Assembly (NCBI RefSeq): GCF_001194135.2 | Contig: NC_068999.1 | Location: forward strand, 17,401,162 to 17,444,353 | Origin: Octopus bimaculoides | Taxonomy: Eukaryota | Direction of reading: 5' to 3' | Length of the DNA stretch: 43,192 nucleotides | Shown here: positions 36,701 to 43,192 of the stretch, piece after piece | Numbering within the stretch: position 1 is the first letter of the stretch | How the letters are laid out: each line of letters starts with the position of its first letter | Notes under the pieces: model-generated | What the model was told of the DNA's origin: nothing | Database searches by the model: none | What the model saw: only the letters and a program-made list of their open reading frames with translations | Made by a program: the position numbers and the translations under genes

Positions 36701-38085
36701 GAGTATAAATCGTTCTACGTAAAGTTGTGATGATAATTTATAGATTATAGTAATACAATTAATATTTATAGTAGCCAGGTGTTTATCATCTTCAGTGAGT
36801 AAACATGGTGCTGTATATCACAGGAAAGTAAACATGCGATACAATACAATATCATGTGAGGTAATATTACATGAAGCAATAATTATACACGAAAAGCTAN
36901 NNNNNNNNNNNNNNNNNNNNNNNNNNNNNNNNNNNNNNNNNNNNNNNNNNNNNNNNNNNNNNNNNNNNNNNNNNNNNNNNNNNNNNNNNNNNNNNNNNNN
37001 NNNNNNNNNNNNNNNNNNNNNNNNNNNNNNNNNNNNNNNNNNNNNNNNNNNNNNNNNNNNNNNNNNNNNNNNNNNNNNNNNNNNNNNNNNNNNNNNNNNN
37101 NNNNNNNNNNNNNNNNNNNNNNNNNNNNNNNNNNNNNNNNNNNNNNNNNNNNNNNNNNNNGTAAAGTCTCTGCAGTATTGCATTAAGCTTTGATATTTTC
37201 TTATTAGTTCTATTAGAAACTGAAATGAATACGAACGTTTAGACCAAGAAAATTATAAAGAAAATTGTTCAGTAAGTAAGCCTCACAAATGTTTCATTTA
37301 CAATGGATATAAAAATCTAACGCTACGTCGCCAAAAATAAAAAAATAAAAAAGAGAAACAACTACAAAAACAAATACTGGAGATTAATTGCCAAAAATAC
37401 TTCAACACTTTAGAATATGATACGAAGTGAAACATTTTAGCAGCTTATGACATGATTGGAAAAAATATTATTTCTAAGAAAATGTTATCTGCTTTTTTTT
37501 TTTAATATTTGTATTAGAATATTAATAAATGGATACCGATATCGTATCATGCTACGAATGTTCACTTTCATTAATTGAAATAGTACAGTGTCAACGTTTG
37601 TTATGGAGTTCGTTGTGTATGGAAAATGCAAGACATTCAAGTGAGGTAGTGAAAACATACATGTACACAAATCTTCCCATAAATAGCCAGGAAAGGAAAA
37701 GAAGAAAAAAAAAACATTTTCATGTGGCAAATGGTCGTTTATTGGTGTGCGTCATAGATATTGTTTACATTTTAATTTGAAACACAACTATCACCTTGAA
37801 GTTCTTTGAAATCAGAAAACGAGGACTATAAAAGTGACGAACTTATAACCTTTGGCAAATTAATGGTGCATTACCGTGTTGCTGAAATATAATTTATAAA
37901 CATAGAATGGTGTTTAACCAACATTCACGATACTATCAGCAGTTTTGCATAACTATCCCCCACATATGTTTGTGTGTATTTGTGTATTTTTTTTTGTATA
38001 TATATATACAAAATATAATGTAACCTCGTGGGCATCGGTACCATTTTCCTCTTTCTCCGTTCTTCCATTCTCCGAACTTTCCATC

Positions 38086-38118
38086 TTTCCGACGAAGGGC
38101 TACGCCCGAAACGTCATA
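38086..38118 (+). ncRNA. Minimal hammerhead-like motif, U4C variant, inside a pyrimidine-rich repeat (~38005-38210)
   Basis: UUU-CCGACGA-A-GGGC-UAC-GCCC-GAAA-CG-U-C-AUA. Perfect 4-bp stem II, palindromic stem III ACGU, GUC triplet, weak stem I. Confidence 0.55.
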
Positions 38119-38210
38119 CGCTCTCTCTTTCCTTTCCTGAGCGTCCAATAATACTATCCATATCACGTCCTCACTTTGTTGTTTTTTGTTTTTTTGTTAT
38201 TGTTTTTTTG

Positions 38211-38265
<55 letters not shown>

Positions 38266-38866
38266 TACAAAGATTCCTATACAAGCATACGTACATACAT
38301 ATATAGATATTGAAAATTCAAGGAAGTAAGATGAAATTTTAAACTTTATTATTAATGAAATTTTGTTATATGCATGAGATTGATATCTCTCTGTTCACTG
38401 CAATGTGTACAATGAAGGACGTTGGCTTTGACACAATATTAAGAACGCGATTAAAACAGAATGTTTACACAAGCTTCACATTTTAGCATGATAATTTATA
38501 AGTCATTCACTCAATTTTTCCTACATTGAGAAATCCCACTACCTGGTTAACTTAAAGATAAAGGCTCTGTTCCGTAACACAATATAATTTGGTGCTCATA
38601 ATATGAAAACTCGTTTGTTTATTATAATGTTAGTGCTAGAATATGACTTGTACACTCTTCTAAAGACACTACGAAATGCATTGTTAACTAACATATGTTG
38701 CCAACACATTCACTGTTAAAAAGAAAAAAAACAGGTATATAATCATTATAGCTATTTTTTTCTTGGAATGTTTTCACTGAGAAAGGGTGCGCAATGGGTG
38801 CAAAGCTGAAACGTACGTATTAAATTGTTCTACTGTTTTCTTTGAGTACCTTATTACAAATTTGTA

Positions 38867-38868
38867 TG

Positions 38869-38944
<76 letters not shown>

Positions 38945-39015
38945 GAAGGAGAAGAAGAACAACAAGAACAACAACAACAACAACAATAATAATGATAATA
39001 ATAATAAAATAATAA
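38867..39015. repeat. Compound (AAT)n/(AAG)/(AAC)n microsatellite
   Basis: Long AAT run followed by AAG, AAC and AAT tracts. It accounts for the poly-N, poly-L and poly-I ORFs here. Confidence 0.97.
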
Positions 39016-39165
39016 TAATCCTTTCTACAGAAGGCGTAAAGCCTCAAATCTGTGGAGAGCGGACGATTTGATTACATCGACCCCAGTGTTTTACTGTAAC
39101 TTAATTTATCGACCTCGAAAGGATGAAAGGCAAAGTCGAACTCAGTGGAATTTGAGTCGATTTCG
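39015..39165 (-). mobile_element. SINE fragment of the 8432 family
   Basis: GATTACATCGACCCCAGTG..ACTTAATTTATCGACC.CGAAAGGATGAAAGGCAAAGTCGA is the reverse complement of the family body. Confidence 0.75.
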
Positions 39166-40469
39166 GAGTAATTGGAATAATAATAATTATTATTATTATC
39201 AAAGAACACTGTACTGGCAGCGTAAGACCAAGCTTTGACCACGAATTGGATCGTCAGCCTTAAGAATGAGAAAGTATCACCACTGTGGCACATCTGTAAT
39301 AGAGATGAAGAAAACTTTCCCATATCACATACCCTAAACTTGCCTAAAACCACTACATGCACACACACTCACACATACACAAACACAGATGCGGATGTAA
39401 ACTCAAGAGCAGATAAAGACATACATCATAGATACACAGAGTGGACTAAAGAGAAAATATCTAAGAATTCCTTGTGTTTTGTCTACATATATGTATGTAA
39501 AGGCATAACAACCCCAAAAGTTCTCATTGAAATATTTCAATCTTTATTTGTATTATGGAATGATTATTTTCAATGGAATACCGAAATCAAAGCCCTTTTT
39601 TCCAAAACGGTGAGATACTATACTCAGAGAAATTCGAACATTAATAGCTATAGTTACATATTTATCTCTTGAATGCTCCTTTTTGTTCATTATCGTATCA
39701 ATAAGTAAACGACAAACATGAGTTTTCTTCAGGAAACGCATTATTTCACATGTTAGGAATAATGTGAATCTAAAACCTTTTAGTCACGTAAAGCTTCGTA
39801 ACTTTACAGGAATTCTAATCTCTGGAATATTATTTTGAGTTTCAAAACACGTTTGCTTCAGAATTTATTTGATCTCAGACATTATTCTATTGTTCATTAA
39901 GAGCTTTCTCATTTGTTTAGGAGTATAAGACCGTTTAATTTGAAACATCATCCAAGGAAACTTCTTTGCATTATAATTATGCACGGTGCTTCAACAGCTT
40001 TTTAAAAGAAAACGTTAAAAAAAAAATTTAAATAAAAACGAGGATTTTCTATTTCATTTAACGACGACCGTCTAATTCTATCGTTCAAGAAAATTAGCAG
40101 TCAATTTTAAAAGTGATTTTAAGTCTCATAAATTACCAATTTTAATTGTGTGAATGAGATGAATTGGAAGAGGAATAATTGGAAGAAAAAAAAAATATTT
40201 AACATGAATTAGAATTTTCAATTTGCAGGGTGTGTGAAGTGTTTTCTCATTAATTTTCGTTCGTCGTATGATATTAAAGAGAAATACAATGATATACTTT
40301 GTAAAACAATACAATTTTGGAAATCTAGTAATGTTTTGTGTCTGAAAAAAAGGAAAAGCAAATGCAACATGCATTGTTAAAAGAATACGGTATGACTGTT
40401 TTATGCCGCAATGGAAAGAAAAAAATACGTATCGTTTCTTCTTAACCAACGCTTGGAGAGAGGCAAAAT

Positions 40470-40780
40470 AAATGTTTCGTCATTACGCTGCAATATTGTA
40501 GATGAGGAAATTAAAGAAATGATGAAGTGATATGGAAATGTTAATGTTGAAGAGAGGTGGAATGTCAATTTGGCTGGCAGATTCAGAAATGTTCGATACT
40601 TTATGGAGGAGTGGAAATGAATCTTGCAGAAGAGTAGAAATACGATATAGATCAATGAATACGTTGAAAGTCTGCTGGTTGAGGTATAGTCAAGTCGGCA
40701 TAATGTCGAGGGGCAACGGACAAACTGACACGTACACGATATCCACGCCACACATATAAACAAATGGAACTAGGTAGGAG
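40470..40780 (+). pseudogene. Possible decayed LINE ORF1 (RRM plus zinc-knuckle region, Tx1/L1-like)
   Basis: Read through stops: VDEEIKEMMK*YGNVNVEE...GRFRNVRYFM...NVEGQRTN*HVHDIHATH. This resembles the DE.I...YG.V...G.R..M...GQ..TC..C...H pattern of such ORF1 proteins. Confidence 0.4.
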
Positions 40781-41084
40781 AAGGATTGATCTCGCAGGAA
40801 GGGCATCACAATGAATGAGTAAAAGCTTTGTTCGAGAAGTAACACAAAATATTTATAGACTGGAAAGAAATGGAAATAGAGACAGCGATCAAAATTGTAT
40901 AAAACATTTTCTGAGAGAGTGTTAATATAGTAAAGGAGACATTTTTCTTTTTCTTTTTTTTCTGAAGATTCATTCAACAAAATGATAGGACTATGGATGA
41001 TCGCACATCGAAATACACTAAAGTTCAATGAATTAAGTTCTAGATATATTTTCCTACTTAGTATACAAGATTAATAAAAGTTGG

Positions 41085-41280
41085 TGAAATGGCAGATTCG
41101 CTAGCACGCTGGGTGAAATACTTAGCCACACTTTGACTTCAGATGTCAAATGCACCTGGGTCGACTTTGCCTTTCATCCATTCAGTGTGGATAAAATAAG
41201 TACCAGTTGAGCACTGTGGTCGATGTAATCGACTTTCCCTCTCCCCAGAATTGCTGGCTTTGTGCGAAACTTTGTAATAA
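41085..41280 (+). mobile_element. Decayed SINE of the 8432 family
   Basis: TGGCAGATTCGCTAGCACGC.GG..AAAT.CTTAGC..GTCGACTTTGCCTTTCATCC..AAGTACCAGTTGAGCACTG.GGTCGATGTAATCGAC. Confidence 0.8.
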
Positions 41281-43154
41281 ATATATGAGATAATTCTATG
41301 TGCCTGAGGAGAGAGTATCAAATATCGCTCAGAAATGATACAATAATTCTTCTCACGGCACAGTCTCTCCCTTCACGTAGTATGGAAGTCTGTCTATAAA
41401 ATTTGAACTGAAATTAATATAATATGATATAATTTTGTTAGATGTTAGTTGACAGTTTTGTTCTTCCATACTCTCGTACTTCATCGCAGTATAAATAGTA
41501 GCTCCTTCTCCAGCTTTTCCTGGATCATGAGTAACTAATTTTCCGAAAATATCGGTCGTTTTAACCCGGCAAGTACATAACTAGATTTAACCCGGCAAGT
41601 TCATTACTGGCCTGCCTTATGATGCACTGTCAAAAGTATGAGACAGGAAAAGTAATTTTCAAAATTTATGTTTCAGCCTGCTAAAACAGTGACTATGGTA
41701 ACGATGAAAGAAAGTAATCATGTTCTCAGTATTAGACGGATTCACTTCCTAGAAAGATTTTCCTACTATTTTACAAATCCATCCCGATACAATGAAAACC
41801 AATTATATGTTACAAATAAGCAAGCGACTGTCGGTTATTACAAAATCTCAGAAGTTAGCCAAATAAAAGAAGCATTAGAAAGAGAAAAATTACCTCTTTG
41901 CCTCACTAGCACATAATGTAACTTTGTTACTGCATATAAGTATCATATACGTAATACACATTACACTTGTGAACGCGGTAAGAGGGAAATGACATAACTG
42001 GAATTACATACGATATAAAAAGTATATTTACTACGCAATTCTCCTTTAGTATACTGCATAAGAGCGAATGCTATATCTGAGCTATTATAAAAACCACTTT
42101 GGTTCATATGACGAGTAGAAAGGTTTTGGTAATAGCATCTCAAGAATAAATATATATTATACAGACTATGCAATTAATTGGATTTTGCTTGGAGGTGCTA
42201 ATTGTTGGAATACTACATATTGCTATGAAAACAGATCACAACACACACCCACATACAGACGCAAGCACACGCACACAGACGAACACATGATGGATATTTG
42301 TGTAGTGTTCGTTTCCCTGTTGGCCAGGAAGTACACATTGCTGTAAAAGTTCAATATTACAATTTCAAATGTTGATTACTTCAGAGATTAAAAATTTCAC
42401 TGCTATTTAGGAATTCGCATTCGAAAAAAAACAATAGTAATTTGCTGAACAACAGTTGGGAACACAAAAGCGCATGGCAAGATCGTGCTTATATGTAATA
42501 TTAACCAGTGCAGATATAAGAGAGAATCGTTTAACATATAGAACAAACATCATGCATAAATTATAATCGGCTCCACCATACAACATGTATGTATGTACGT
42601 ACGTACGTACGTACGTATATATGTATGTATGTGTGTTTATGCATCTGTAAATATAATTATTTACCTCTGACTATGCTCATCTATGACTAATACATAAACA
42701 TATCTTGTAAACATGAGGAATTATTCGGTTGAAATCTGTATTTCTGCCTTTTAAAATGTATTCATATTAATATTTCCTGACATGTATCTAGCGATCATTA
42801 AAAAACCTGTGTGCGTCAAATGACACTCAAACTATTGTTTCTTTCAAAATAATTTAATGATTTATGTTCGAAGTTTTAACTTGCGCTTCAAGAACAATTA
42901 TTTGTTTTCAATACAAATATGTATCTTATTCTTGGACAAAAACATCGATTGGTTTTATTGTATTTTTTACCGATACTCTTACATGTTTTCGTTAAATATC
43001 CAATGTATTGAAAAGTGTAAGGAAGCAAATAATAAAATAACCGTTTCTGTTGTGTAGAGATATCGTTAGAAAAAGTAACGATTTAGAAAACACATTCCTC
43101 ACACACCCTCGCACAACTCATGTGCATACATATATGCATATGAATATATACGTG

Positions 43155-43192
<38 letters not shown>

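Noticed and set aside
41668-41916. 82-aa plus-strand ORF (and similar short ORFs at 27534, 28550, 37529, 39235)
   Set aside because: No recognisable motif or convincing pair of splice sites. The length is within chance range.
1-43192. CRISPR arrays, rRNA genes or prokaryotic operon features
   Set aside because: No regularly spaced repeat-spacer array or rRNA-like sequence. The DNA is eukaryotic, repeat-rich and non-genic.

Overview
AT-rich, microsatellite-dense animal genomic DNA from a gapped draft assembly with ten N-runs. The SINE families and repeat style suggest an octopus or other coleoid cephalopod; this is an inference. No host protein-coding gene could be identified with confidence, and all long ORFs containing X are gap or microsatellite artefacts. 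The window is mostly transposable-element debris: a full-length decayed mariner with TIRs and TA target duplication, two further mariner derivatives, an internally deleted hAT (ZnF-TTF fused to the dimerisation domain), a long-TIR MITE with an 8-bp TSD, RTE and Tx1/L1-like LINE fragments, several tRNA-derived SINEs, and the 3' end of a Penelope-like element (Cys-rich linker plus GIY-YIG endonuclease). The most interesting signal is RNA-level. Three unrelated repeats each carry a minimal type I hammerhead ribozyme motif of the same architecture (CYGANGA, extra A, stem II, GAAA, palindromic stem III, UH). One lies downstream of the Penelope ORF, one is fused behind a tRNA-derived Pol III promoter with no terminator in between, and one is a U4C core variant. 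This suggests a Penelope-dependent family of ribozyme-bearing non-autonomous elements. Several long, near-perfect hairpins are also present.
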